DNA of 64,000 bases from the NCBI RefSeq assembly GCF_902713615.1, contig NW_024055478.1:864363-928362 (forward strand). Direction: 5' to 3'. The first letter of the stretch is position 1; each line of letters begins with the position of its first letter. Of this stretch, positions 34,186-46,959 are shown in pieces. The notes beneath the pieces were generated by a model. The model did no database searches. It was not told the DNA's origin and saw only the letters and a list, made by a program, of their open reading frames with translations. Made by a program: the position numbers and the translations under genes. Source of the DNA: Scyliorhinus canicula (lineage: Eukaryota).

Positions 34186-34933
34186 ACAGCGCAACCGCCT
34201 ATTGGAAACACACACGGCCACGTGCAACGACATGTAAGAAAACGTCATCCAGACATGCACAGACACTGCAATAAATTCCAACATTCGTTGACATGATTTT
34301 TGAGTGCACATTAGTCTGAGTTGCTAATGATGAAAGTAAGTGAATATGTCCACCTCCCAGCCGCCTCGTTTACAGCACAGAATCAGCACAAACATAGACA
34401 CGGAGACAGGTAAACACAGTGATCGACCCACAAATTGATCTCTCAAACAGACACACAGACAACCATTAAAGTAAATAAGCAGCCAGATTAACACAGCCAT
34501 AGAAACACAAAGGAGAAATTCCGTTAGAGACACTTTCAAAAACCTTGGACTTGTCCGAGCGAGCTTTCTGGGATGGAAATCCCCGAGTTTGTGTCAGTGC
34601 GATAATATCATGTTGGATATTCATAGCGATCAAACTGCACAACCCGGAACTTGTTTCCCATTAACCGTGAGGATCGATTTATAAAAGCGACTATCCTTTG
34701 TATTACGTTATAGGTTGTATTAAGTTGGTTCACCCTGTCTCTCCATTAGTCCACCCGTCCGACGGGTTCTTGAAAATGATAAAATGCTATCAGCTTTAAT
34801 ATTAATTCCATCTGTCTGTCTATCTACGTATCTATCTATCGAGCAATCGATTGATATATCAATCTAATATATCGACGCAACCATCAACTTTCTATTAATT
34901 CTTCATTCTGCTGTGTGGGTTAACCACAAATAG

Positions 34934-35550
34934 GAGTGGTTCCTGGAGATCGGGTCGGGCAGTGAGTAACATAAGCTCAATTTGCTGAGTTTATATTGTA
35001 TCTGTTCAACCTCCAAATGTGAACTTTTCTGTTCTACTTTTATTGTCAGACCCAGAACAATGCTTCCACGTTCGTACTTCATATACATTTCTATGGAACG
35101 AAAGAGGTTAACATTCTTAGATAGAACAGTACAGCACAGAACAGGCCCTTCGGCCCTCGATGTTGTGCCGAGCAATGATCACCCTACTCAAACCCACATA
35201 TCCACCCTATACCCGTAACCCAACAACTCCCCCCCTTAACCTTACTATTAGGACACTACGGGCAATTTAGCATGGCCAACCCACCTAACCGGCACATCTT
35301 TGGACTGTGGGAGGAAACCGGAGCACCCGGAGGAAACCCACGCAGACACGGGGAGAACGTGCAGACTCCACACAGACAGTGACCCAGCCGGGAATCGAAC
35401 CTGGGACCCTGGAGCCGTGAAGCATTTATGCTAACCACCATGCTACCGTGCTGCCGTTTCCTTTTCTGCTGAATACGCCAAAGAATATCACAATTTTCAC
35501 ATTGAATGGGCTGCAGCTGACTGACAGCGCTGTCTGCTGAGGTCAACACA
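34934..35550 (+). pseudogene. Decayed TCR V relic split by a SINE
   Basis: After a TAG acceptor: GVVPGDRVGQ...LYC.CST...; after the SINE: FSAEYAKEYHNF..NGLQLTDSAVC. Confidence 0.5.
35125..35456 (-). mobile_element. HE1/V-SINE-like SINE with CR1-type 3' tail
   Basis: Full head-to-tail match; tail tagaacagtacagcacagaacaggcccttcggccc. Confidence 0.85.
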
Positions 35551-35622
35551 CAAAGGACCCGGGACAACTGGGACCGTTACCCTGTCTGTGACGTAATTTG
35601 AAGAGAGATTCGTTCAAACCTA

Positions 35623-35636
35623 CCACCAGGTGGCGC
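35623..35636 (+). promoter_or_regulatory. Consensus CTCF motif CCACCAGGTGGCGC
   Basis: Exact consensus core, in non-repeat DNA. Confidence 0.65.
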
Positions 35637-35819
35637 ATCCCACCGCCTGTCACGTTGCAGGAACCAATACTGACTGACGCGTTCTCAATGTAACAACTGG
35701 TACAATTCAGACGTAACAATGAACGTCGTCTCACAGCTTCTTCGTTCAGAAACTTAGCTCACTGTTATGAACAATTCTGCAGACAAAAGTTGCAGAATGT
35801 TTTAAATTAACTTGATCTT

Positions 35820-36510
35820 TGGCGGAATGTATCACTGAAAACAAGAATGCAGGTCCATCAAACAGTTTGGCGGGCAAGTGGTATGTTGCCCTTAATTGCA
35901 AGAGGACTTGCGAACAGGAGCAAGGCTGTCTTATAACAGATATGCAGGGTATTGATGGGCGTCACCTGGAATATTGGGAGCAGATTCAGACTCCTTACCT
36001 CAGAATGGAAATGCTTTCCATGGAGGCAGTGCAGTGACTGTTCATCAGAATGATGCCTGGGATGGCACGATTATCGTGTGAGGACAGATTGGATGAACCA
36101 GGCCTGATTTCCCTGGAGTTTAGCAGAATGAGAGGCGATCTCGTTGAAGTATAACATTCTGATAGGGTTGGACAGACTGGATGCAGGGAAGATGTTTCCT
36201 CTGGGAGTGGCCAACAAGAGGTCACGGTCTCAGGGTGAGCCATTTAGGACAGAGATGAGGAGAAAGGTTTCACTCAAAGGTTTTGAACACGCAGAATTAT
36301 CTACGACAGGTTGGTGCAGAGGACAAATTACCGAATATATTTCTGAAGGAAATGAATAAAGTCCTCGTCTCTAAAGCCGACAAGGGGTATGGGACAGAGC
36401 TGGAGTCTGGGATCGAGATAGAGGACCACCCGATACACTATTGAATGGCGAAGCAGGCTCGAAGGACCGAATATCCGATTCCGGCTCATACTTTATATAT
36501 TTCTAAGATT
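35820..36510 (+). mobile_element. CR1-like LINE 3' fragment
   Basis: Decayed RT C-terminus and typical CR1 tail (ttgaatggcgaagcaggctcgaaggaccga). Confidence 0.75.
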
Positions 36511-37099
36511 CTGGTTTTGTTATATTACGCAGGAACACCACAGGTTTTATTTTATGTTCAACAATTTCTCTATTATTCCTGCACCAGATGTCACCCAAGG
36601 ATTTTTTTTACTTCTCTATCAGAGGGTCGGTGATGATTCGATGCACTGAATGGCCTTCTGCATTATAAAGATCCGATGATTCTATGAGGTTGGAAGGCGT
36701 TGGGAGGAAATGAAGCTCAAGCGTTAAGATTGGATATTGTGGATCGGAAATGAATGTGAAACACGTTGCAGAGCAGTAAATGTTCATTTCCTTTTCAGCA
36801 AGCGGAATAATTCATCAGCATTGTAAATTTGATTAATCTCACGTCAGGTTTAGGTTGTTAGGTCCACTCACTTGCACAAATCATCACATTGCAACGTGCG
36901 GTTCCCATGGCTCCACATTCCTCCTTTCAAATAAGATAATCAAAAAAATAAATTAACAGCAATTGAGGCACTTTGCAATTTCGCTGACCTTAACTCACAT
37001 TAATCTGCAGTTTACATTTTGGGACCATCAGCGAAGACTATGAGCTGGTACATCAGTGCTTTGTTGATAAATTAAGCTGTGCGACGATTTTTTAAGGGA

Positions 37100-38420
37100 A
37101 AATCATGTTTAATTAAGTTGCTTGAATTTTCTGATGAATAGCAAAGATGGTTGATCTGAGTATTGCTGTTGATAAACTTCCAAATGCCATTTGATAACGT
37201 GCTGCAGCGCCACCTTGTGAGCAATAATGGAGCTCCTGAGGTAAAATGGACAGTAGCAACGTGGACACGAACTTTCCAGCAAACAACTAGCTGTAGGGAT
37301 CAGCTGTTTCTCGGAGTGGAGGGACGTTGTGGTGAAGTTTCCAGGGATCTGTATTGCGGCCTTATATATGACACATTAATGACCTGGACCTTGTTTGATA
37401 GGGGAGATTTTCAACATCTGCGAATGGTACACAATGTGACGGTGTTGCGAACCATCGGTAGGATAATGTACAACTTCCAAACAGCAAACACAGGAATGGG
37501 TGGGAAATTGGCAGATTAAAGTTAGTGCTGTAAAGATTGAAGTAATTCATGTGTCTTGCAGACCGCAGAAAGACAAAAGAAAATAAAGGGAATAATTCAA
37601 AAGGCAATGCAGGATCAGAGGGAGCTTTTTACAAAGGGTCATCTGGACTCAAAATGTCAGGTATTTTCTCTCCTTACAGATGCTGCCAGACCTGCTGCGA
37701 TTTTCCAGCATTTTCTCTTTTGGTTTCAGATTCCAGCATTCGCAGTAATTTGCTTTTACCCGAGGGGCCTGTTTATATGTAGATAAATTACTGATGGGGA
37801 TAGGACAGTTGAGAGCGCGGTCATTAAAATAATTAATAAAGGAAATTATCAATGGGTATATAAAATACAGAGGAATGGACGTTATGTTAAACTTGTACTA
37901 AATCCTGAACCGACAGAACTGAAGCATTGTGGGTATCACAGTACGGGGCAATGTGAGTCATTAGGGTGGGTGCAGAAAATGCTCACGGGAATAGTTCCAG
38001 AGATGAGCAACTTCATCTCCGAAGATAGATTGGACAAGTTGCGACTATTTCTCTTGAGCAGGTTACGACGTGATCTGACGGAGATATTCAAAACCATGAG
38101 GGTTCTATACAGAGTAGATATGGAGGAACCTATCCCACTGGCGGGAGGGCCGAGTACCTGATTGAAGGAATTGGGAAAATAAGCACGGAGACATAAGGAG
38201 AAACCTTTTCACCCAGTGAGTGATTAGGGTGGACTGGACATTTGTGTAGCGGTGGCAGGGTCACTTGATGCTTTTAAAGCGGTTTTGGATTATTATCTCA
38301 AAGGGAAAAACAATGCTAGACTGCGGGAAAAGAATGGTATTCAGCAAATCGCACCTATAGAGGGCCAACACATACATATCTGTCCAAACAGCCTTCTTCT
38401 GCACTGAAAACACCCCCGAC
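37100..38420 (+). mobile_element. CR1-like LINE fragments with an inserted Penelope pLTR piece (~37625-37760)
   Basis: ggaaaatcatgtttaattaagttgcttgaattt (GKSCL.NLLEF), FQMPFD; second piece to the CR1 tail. Confidence 0.65.
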
Positions 38421-38929
38421 TATGTTTAAAGAGACTGCAGTGTGTTAACTGTAATATCACTGGGTCAGTAATTGAGATGCCCAGCTTCATTCACTGAGGT
38501 CGTGTTCAAATCCTGCTGCAGCTGATAGTGTGCTTTAAAAATGCAAATAGAGGCCCTGTAACTTAGCAGTTCGTGAGGTTAGTGATGGTCAACAAATGCG
38601 AATGAGGCCACATCTCATGAAATATATTTTATAAATCAATAACTGCAATAGCAACGTTTGGCCAGTTGATGGCAGTGACACCGCGATTGCTGACATTACA
38701 TGAAGCAGAGATTGTCTCCATTGTTACTGCCAAGGACCCTCTCCCTATTCATATCTAACCAGACACCGTCTCTGATTCTATTAAGTTAGGTCAGCTTTCT
38801 GATTTTATGACAGCAGGTTACAGTTGTTACTGTACTCGTCTCAATCCCAGCTGTTAATATGCTGAAGCAAGGGCCACTTTATATTACACTAAGTACTTAG
38901 GAAGTTAGTATAGCATTGGATCATATCTC

Positions 38930-39475
38930 AATTATTATTAAAATTACAATCTTTATTGTCATAAGTAGGCTTACATTAACACTGCAATGAAGTTACTGTG
39001 AAAAGCCCCTAGTCGCAACACTCCGGCAGCAGTTCGAGTACACCCAAAGGGTTGTGAATCTATGGAATTCCTTGCCCAGTGAAGCAGTTGAGGCTCCTTC
39101 ATTACATGTTTTTAAGGTAAAGATAGATAGTTTTTTGAAGAATAAAGGGATTAAGGGTTATGGTGTTCGGGCCGGAAAGTGGAGCTGAGTCCACAAAAGA
39201 TCAGCCATGATCTAATTGAATGGCGGAGCAGGCTCGAGGGGCCAGATGGCCTACTCCTGCTCCTAGTTCTTATGTTCTTACACAGAGGGAGAATTCAGAA
39301 TGCCCAATTCATGTCACAGCACGTCTTTCAGGACCTGTGCGAGGAAACCGCTCCGGTGCTCCACCCGGGGGAAACCCACGCATATGTGGGGAGAACACGC
39401 AGACTCCACGCAGTCATTGACCCCAGCCGGGAATCGAACCTGGGCCCTGACGCTGTGAAGGAATAGTGCTAACCA
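38930..39475 (-). mobile_element. SINE interrupted by a CR1 3' fragment (~39045-39278, +)
   Basis: SINE halves join at ..tacac/tacac..; CR1 tail ends ttatgttct. Confidence 0.7.
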
Positions 39476-39649
39476 GTGTCATAGTCTATGTCTCAATTGT
39501 TACTTCACTAGATTCAATCTCCACGGATACTAAACCAGAACATGTTACTGTTTGTATTACCTGAGCCACTGTCTCAATTATTGCTTTGCCTGAAGCTGCC
39601 ACGTTCCTCAGTGTAGTGGTCTGGGCTCAACCATATCCAGCTACTTCGT

Positions 39650-40520
39650 GAATGGCCTATCGTCCATCACAAGGACAAAAGTGAGCGTGTTTGCAGATGA
39701 CTGCACAATGTTCAACACCTTTTGCGATTCATTAGATGCAATCCATGTCAGAATGCAACATGATCTGGACTATATTCAGGCTTGGCAAGTGGCAAGTGCG
39801 GGCAATGTCCCGCTCTAACACGAGAAGATCTAACCATCTTCCCTTGACATTCAATGGCATTACCATCACCGAATCCCCATTATGAACATTCAGGGGGCTG
39901 CTGTTGCCTGGAAACTGAAATTGACTCGCCATATAAATACTGTTGCGATCTGAACAGGTTAAAGACGAGGAATCCTGCCGCGAGTCACTCACTTCCTGTC
40001 CACAAAGCCCGTCCAACATCATCAGGGTGCAAGTCAGGAGTGTAATGGAATACTCTCCACTTGTGTGGATGAGTGCAGCTCCAACAACATTCGAGAAGCA
40101 AGACACCATCCAGGAGAAAAGAGGCCGCTTGATTGCTAACCCTTCCAAAAACGTTATTTCCCTCCAACCGACGAATAATGGCAGTTTTCTGTCCCACCTA
40201 AAAGATGCACTAGAGCAACTCAACAAGGTTCCTTCGGCAGCATCTTCCAAACCCATGACCACTACCACCTGGAAGGACAAAGGCAGCAGATACCTGGGAT
40301 CACCTTCAAGCCACTCACCATCCTGACTTGGAAATATATCGCCGTTACGTCACTTTCGCTGGGTCAATAGGCTGGAATTCCCTCCCTAACAGTTCTGTGG
40401 CTGTACCTATACGTTAGAAACTACAGTGATTTAAGAAGGCAACTCACCACCACCTTCTGAAGGGCAATTAGGGATGGAAAAGCAATGTTGACCTAACCAG
40501 ACACGCTCCCATCCCATCAA
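39650..40520 (+). mobile_element. CR1/L2-group LINE 3' portion (RT FADD motif to 3' tail); related piece at ~47730-48200 (-)
   Basis: gtgtttgcagatgactgcaca = VFADDCT; tail gggcaattagggatgg...catcccatcaatgaat. Confidence 0.7.
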
Positions 40521-42409
40521 TGAATTGATAATACAGTGCAGAGACAGGGGCTGGTCCAATATAGACAGATATATATGCTAAAGTAGTGATCACATGAACT
40601 TGTCGTGAGAGTAATAAACATTATTGATATATGGATTACGTAGGCATAAGAAAGATGGCACCTGATCTAGCATTGGAATAAGCGTGTATTTGGGTGGTCA
40701 TAATCGTAAAAATACTTTGTACAATAATAATTGGAATAGGTCAAAATAGTAATACAGGAAACAGCCTGTTAGAGCCGACAGGGACAATGATCTCGGAAAT
40801 GATAATAAGAATAATAATAACCTGTATTATTGTCAAAGGTAGGCTTAAATTAACAGTGCAGTTAAATTACTGTGAAAATCCCCTAGTCGTAACACAATGG
40901 CGCCTGTTCGGGCACACTGAGGGAGAATTCAGAATGTCCAATTCACCTAACAAACACGTCTTCGGGGACGTTAATAATAATGGGACTAATGATAGAGAAT
41001 CAACGCATTAAAACCTGAATGGCAGATAGGCTATTAGTTTAACCATCACATAGATAGTGTCTTTGTGTCCACCCTTGTTGCATACTTGCTTTAAATGCAA
41101 ACAATAAAGAGATTAATGCAATTTTAAAAGTTACAACCTGCAGTACATTATTGAACACATCACTGGCCCCGGTCTGATGATGAAGTACAGCCAATCAAAG
41201 TTAGGTATAAAATAACCATGTGTATGTGAGAGAGACAGCGCCCATTGCATCGTCGCCAATGTTTCAGCGCCTATTGATATATCAGATTTTTCCGCAAATG
41301 CTTAATTACAGAATCAAGCACCATTTCAATATGGACTGGATGAAGTTAGTGTAATGGCAAAAAAAACACCCGGAATTGCTGGAATTTCTCTGTATGTCAG
41401 TCAGAATGTGAGGAGAGAAACAGAGTTCACGTTCCATGTCACTGACAGAATATCAGCACCAGGTTCATCCACCTGAAACTAACTGTATTTCTCTCCGAAA
41501 ATACGACCCGCCAGAGCAGCACATTTTGCCGAACTTCTGTTTCTGAGCTGTTTGACCTGGGTTCAAATTCCACTCCAGGGTTTGGTGACCATGGAAGGAG
41601 TGTTCGTGCAACTGAAACGGGTTATTAATCAGCCTCCAAAATCCTTCACCCTCTCTACACCTTATTGTGAGAGCGGAAATAAAATGAATGTATGAAAAAC
41701 AAACGGATTTCCATCCGCTTTCTGACCTGTTGAGACTTTCCAGCACTTTATGTGTTCATTTTAGATTTCTCGTATGTGTGGTGTGTTACCTTTGTACTAA
41801 TGTAATGGGAAATGCAAACAGGTTTTGTTGCCATTAATTCGTTAGTGATACTCTCACCCCTGACTCTCAATTCTCACGGTGATAGTTTGGATCAAAATCC
41901 TTCTGTTTACTTGTATCCATTATTTTCGTCGACTCAACTGCATTGAGGGGACAAGAAGACCAGAAGAAATAGGCACAAAAGTCGGCCATTCAGCCCTTCG
42001 AGCCCGCTTCACCATTTAATCGGTTCCCATTCATGGCTAATCGAACACTCACTAAATCCGCATTCCAGCATAAATTCCATGAACCTTTATTCCTTACTGG
42101 TTAAAACCTTTCGATCTCAGCCTCGCAAATGGTCAAGGACTCGGTCTCCACAGCTTCCTGGGGTGACGAATTCACAAGATTCACCACTCTTTCAGAGAAC
42201 AAAACCTTCCTCAAATCCGGCTTATTCTGTGTCCCTGCCCTCTGGTCCTACACCATCCCATGAGTGGAAACATCCTCCCTCGATGTACCCCGTCTACCCG
42301 CCTCAGAATCTACTGGGTGAAGGACAGAACAACTCTGAACAATCTCTGCATCCAGCGAAAGACGGGTTCCTGGGACATCATTCTTTAATTACTTTAAAAT
42401 AACAATTTT

Positions 42410-42590
42410 TCTCTTTCCAATTGAGGGGCATTTGGCCAGGCCAATCCACCATCCTTCATGTCTTTAGGTTGTGGAATGAGACTCGGGCAGAATGTGCAAA
42501 CTCCACACAGACATGACCCGGGGACGGGATCGAACCCGGGTCCTCAGCGCGGTGAGGCAGTAGTGCTAAGCACCGCACCACCCTGACGCT
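42410..42590 (-). mobile_element. HE1/V-SINE-like SINE (others at ~40800-40970, ~44060-44250, ~49970-50150, ~57160-57330)
   Basis: Shared head and central block. Confidence 0.75.
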
Positions 42591-42689
42591 CTCCTGGAAC
42601 ATCATTAAAGTTTACGTTACTGCCAACATCGAAAAAAACAAACAACTTCAATCTCATTGGATTTGTCAAGTGATTTCCAACTGCTGGGC

Positions 42690-43680
42690 GGGGTCAGATA
42701 TAATAATAATCACAGAGACCGGCTCCAGTGTATCAGTAACAGAGACCGCCGGGCCCGGGGTCAGACTGCGGTCTGGTATAATAATAATCACAGAGACTAG
42801 CTCCAGTGTATCAATAACAGAGACTGCCGGGCCCCGGGTCAGACTGGGGTCAGGTATAATAATAATCACAGAGACCGGCTCCAGTGTATCAATAACAGAG
42901 ACTGCCGGGCCCGGGGTTAGACTGGGGTCTGGTATAATAATAATCAGAGACCGGCTCCAATGTATCAATAACAGAGGCTGCCGGGCCCGGGGTCAGACTG
43001 GGGTCCGGTCTAATAATAATCACAGAGACCGGCTCCAGTGTATCAATAACAGAGACTGCCGGGCCCGGGGTCAGACTGGGGTCTGGTATAATAATAATCA
43101 CAGAGGCCGGCTCCAGTGTATCAATAACAGAGACTGCCGGGCCCGGGGTCAGACTGGGGTCTGGTATAATAATAATCACAGAGACCGGCTCCAGTGTATC
43201 AATAACAGAGACTGCCGGGCCCGGGGTCAGACTGGGGTCTGGTATAATAATAATCACAGAGGCCGGCTCCAGTGCATCAATAACAGAGACTGCCGGGCCC
43301 GGGGTCAGACTGGGGTCTGGTATAATAATAATCACAGAGACCGGCTCCAATGTATCAATAACAGAGGCTGCCGGGTCCGGGGTCAGACTGGGGTCCGGTC
43401 TAATAATAATCACAGAGACCGGCTCCAGTGTATCAATAACAGAGACTGCCGGGCCCGGGGTCAGACTGGGGTCTGGTATAATAATAATCACAGAGGCCGG
43501 CTCCAGTGTATCAATAACAGAGACTGCCGGGCCCGGGGTCAGACTGGGGTCTGGTATAATAATAATCACAGAGACTAGCTCCAGTGTATCAGTAACAGAG
43601 ACTGCCGGCGCGGGGTCAGGCTGGGGTCTGGTATAATAATAATCACAGAGAACGGCTCCAGTGTATCAATAACAAAGACT
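42690..43680. repeat. 78-bp minisatellite, about 12.7 copies
   Basis: Unit ataataataatcacagagaccggctccagtgtatcaataacagagactgccgggcccggggtcagactggggtctggt; cacagagac at 42711 and 42789. Confidence 0.95.
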
Positions 43681-45084
43681 AGTGAGAATTTTCGGTGAAG
43701 GGAGGCGGGGGATCCCATGAACAGCTGATTTTAATAGGAAGTGAAACTATCAGAAAGCAATGATGCTCCGGGCCCGAGCCCAGGCATCATGCTGAGTGAC
43801 AGGGATGTGTGTGGGAAAAGCGGATTGGAAACTTCATTGAGTGAGGTGCGTGTGATTGACTTCAGCTAGGATCTTTACACCCAATGGGAGGACAATTATG
43901 GCAGACCCTATAATGGTGCATCTGTCGGGGGAAACAAAAACATCTGTTTCTTTTTATTGTTACGAACAGTTCTCCATTTACACAGACACGCGAGAGCCGG
44001 TTCCGGCAGCTTATGAGCACTACATTTCTTTTGTAAATTTAGAGTACGCATTTATTTATATTTTCAGTTAAAGGGTAATTTAGCGTGGCCAATCCACCTC
44101 CTCTTCACACTTTTGGGTTGTGGGGGTGAATCACACGCAAAACATGCAACCTCCACACGGACAGCGACCCAGGACCGGGATCGAACTCGGGTCCTCAGAA
44201 GCGCAGGCCGCAGTGCTAACCACTGCACCAACCTACCGTCCCAGTTTATGGGCATTTAGGTTTAAATCATCAGATTATGATACAAAGACTAAAAGCCAAA
44301 GCCTCACCACAGGAAGAATTAGTGCCACAAATGTTAACGATTATTGTTCTTTTTCGAAACAAGTGCTATTCACTGTTATTTTGTCCAAAGTAGTGGATTG
44401 CAAACAGCAACGACCCTCTGAAAGATTCGTGGCAATTATCGACACACACCCAGGTTCTGCCGAAAGACAGGATTAGCACAAGAGCAAAGCTGTGTAATGG
44501 TTGTATTATATTCGGCCTCAATGAAGGACAGAGGTAGATACAGAAAAGGTGCTGGGACAATGATTAGAGTTGAACCATCCAACTGGTCCCATTCCCTCTC
44601 ATCCTTCAAATCTTAATACCTTCAAATATTTATCCATCATTTTCCAAAGTTGCTATTAAATCTGATTCCATCATAATTTCCCCTTGTGTGTTCCAGTTTA
44701 TAACAACTGGCTGTGTAAAAATAATCCTCCTGTTCAATACAGTAAATCTGTGTCCTCTGGTTACAGACCCTCCAGCCAGTTGTAATAGTCTCTCTTTAAT
44801 TACTCTATTCAAACCTTGATGGTTTTGTTTTAGAAGTTTAATTAAATAGACACACATAAAGATGGAGAAAGATACAGAGAGAGAGAGTGAAACTGAGCGA
44901 AGAAATGAGAAAGAGAGAAGCGGGGTTGAGAGATAAAAACTGAGAAACAGTAAAGTCAAATTACACAGGGAGAGGGAGAATGAAAAATAGTGAAATGGAA
45001 CAAGATATTATTTCCTGGCTTCAGAGAACCGGGGAAACTCAGTGACTGATCCACTGACCATCCAGTTATGTCCTGGAATGGAAG

Positions 45085-45305
45085 CTTTGAACAGATCACA
45101 ACAGGTTCATTTGTAAATGTCACCGCAAAGTGATCTGTGTGACTCTGCACTGACTCTGTGCGCAGCGATAAGCGCATTAACAGATGTTCTCACCAGATTG
45201 TGGTCCCTGGATTTATTTTCTGTTCAGAAGTGAGATGCGCGGTTTGGAACCGGCAGCATAGAAACAGGAAGTTGTGTTACCTGAGAATGAAACAGCAGGC
45301 GTCAG
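45085..45305. promoter_or_regulatory. Candidate lymphoid enhancer (TCF/LEF, RUNX x2, E-box, GATA-like, ETS, half-CRE)
   Basis: CTTTGAA 45085, ACCGCA 45122, CGATAA 45166, CAGATG 45181, TGTGGT 45199, ACAGGAAGT 45264, CGTCA ~45300. Confidence 0.45.
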
Positions 45306-45603
45306 TTTCATGTTATCACCGTGAACAGTCTTCCTGCCTGTGAGGGTGAACTCACTCTGACAGCATCAAGAACACCCACACAGATTGCTGCCGGTCTCAG
45401 CATTACATTCACATCCATTCCCATTCCCTTTAAACAGTTAGATTATTTGTTTAAAAACACAGTAACCGATCGGGAGGTGCACAGATGATCTTCACTGGTC
45501 ATAATACAAATAATAATCTGGAGAGATGAAGGGAAATTAAAACAACAATCTGTTAACAGAGGTTATACTAATGTAGAAAGTTTAAAGTCACTTGATGTCA
45601 GAG

Positions 45604-45682
45604 CGAGAGAGAGGGGGGGGGGGAGAGAGAGAGGGGGGGGGGAGAGAGGGGCGGGGAGGGGAGGGGGCGGGGGGGGGGAGAG
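45604..45682 (+). repeat. Purine/G-run low-complexity tract (G-quadruplex-prone)
   Basis: Alternating (GA)n and G4-G11 runs. Confidence 0.8.
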
Positions 45683-46230
45683 CGCGGTTAAGTGAATGAG
45701 CTGGTGCCTTTCTGGCACAGAATTTTCCTCTGATGCCGTTTTGGTGCTTAATTATTGTCAGAAGTGCCTTCAACAAAACAGATTTAAACACTAGGTGCCA
45801 GTTAAACACTAGGTTCCAGACTCGGCTGCTGTGTGCCTGTGTGAGTGAGTTAAGTCTGAGAGAGAGAAGAGGGTTCAACTGATTTAGGTGCAGCCTGAGA
45901 CAGAGAAAGCGAGCTGAACCGATATGTAAGTAATTTGAAAGATATATTTGCCTTTTCAATGGAATGGGCAGCATGATATTACTGTCTAGATCACACAGGA
46001 CAATACATTACAAGTACACATTGAGTTCAGCCCAGGATGTGGAAGGTAATCTCAATAAAAAGTTGTCCTGCGCTGAAAAATAATTGCAATTATTGGCAAC
46101 GCCATTTTGCAAATAATGAATAATGATGTGTTCCAGATTAACCGGCCGATATAGACATACAGGCGCGTACATAGACACACCTATCCACATACAAACACAC
46201 ACACATCCATACACACATACAGACACATAG

Positions 46231-46408
46231 GGGCTGGTTTAGCTCACTGAGCTAAATTGCTGGCTTTTAATGCAGGCCAGCGGCACGGTTTGATTCCCGT
46301 ACCAGCATCCCCGGACAGGCGCAGAAATGAGGCGACTAGGGGCTTTTCACAGTAACTTAATTGAAACCTACTCGTGACAATATGCGATTTTCATTTAATT
46401 TCATTTCA
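46231..46408 (+). mobile_element. Short SINE, same family as 19773-19944
   Basis: gggctggtttagctcactgagctaaattgctggc...ttcatttca. Confidence 0.78.
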
Positions 46409-46959
46409 TACACTCACAGTTTCAGACTCTGTCTCTCACAATCAGTGGCCACACCAAAAGCAAACAGACATCCATTCAGCCAAAAGGGCGAAGGACAATT
46501 CGGACCATTAAAGGAACAGTGGGTAATTGCCACAGATGAACACAAGTCTGAATTAGTCATATCCAACACAATGGAGTTTGTGACTGTGTTGTGCAATGTG
46601 AAGTTCAATATGACTCCTGTGTTTCTGTTCCTCAGCCTGGTGATGAAGTGAATGTCACAAGATTTGCTTCAACCTTACAGCAAAATATTACACACCCATT
46701 ACCAGACCAATCACACAACACCAAATAGTTATTCATTGTGCTTTTGTAAGTGAATTAAGTCTGAGAGAGAACAGAGACATTAATTAATCTAGGTGTAGTC
46801 TTAAACAAAGATATGAGAACAGATCTTCAGGAGGTTTCAAGATGTATTTGCCTTTGTAACGAACTTCCATAACAGCTAATAGTTATTGACACGACAAAAT
46901 GTATTCTTCCAAACACAAGTGAGTTCCCCTTTCCACGCACAAGGCAGTGTTGCACTGGT

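Noticed and set aside
34415-34453. Consensus heptamer CACAGTG as an RSS
   Set aside because: Nonamer matches only about 5/9 at 23 nt and worse at 12 nt.
15934-35550. Assignment of any V to IgH, IgNAR or NAR-TCR
   Set aside because: None shows IgH-type WVRQ/octamer context or the shortened CDR2 of NAR domains; all fit TCR alpha/delta-like Vs. Alpha versus delta cannot be resolved by eye.
36872-36908. Leader-like exon (MGTARCNVMICA + GTGAGT, - strand)
   Set aside because: Not hydrophobic enough, and no V exon or acceptor follows.
41185-41215. CCAAT plus TATAAAA promoter-like pair
   Set aside because: No associated gene or LTR structure identified; such pairs are common by chance in AT-rich DNA.
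42690-43680. CRISPR array or RSS array (CACAGAG every 78 bp)
   Set aside because: No unique spacers, no cas genes and a eukaryotic context; no nonamer at 12 or 23 nt from CACAGAG.
45730-45850. Possible J segment (TRLL-like codons followed by GTGAGT)
   Set aside because: No FGxG motif and no 12-RSS upstream.
46568-46651. Signal-peptide-like MTPVFLFLSLVMK
   Set aside because: No convincing donor phase or downstream exon.
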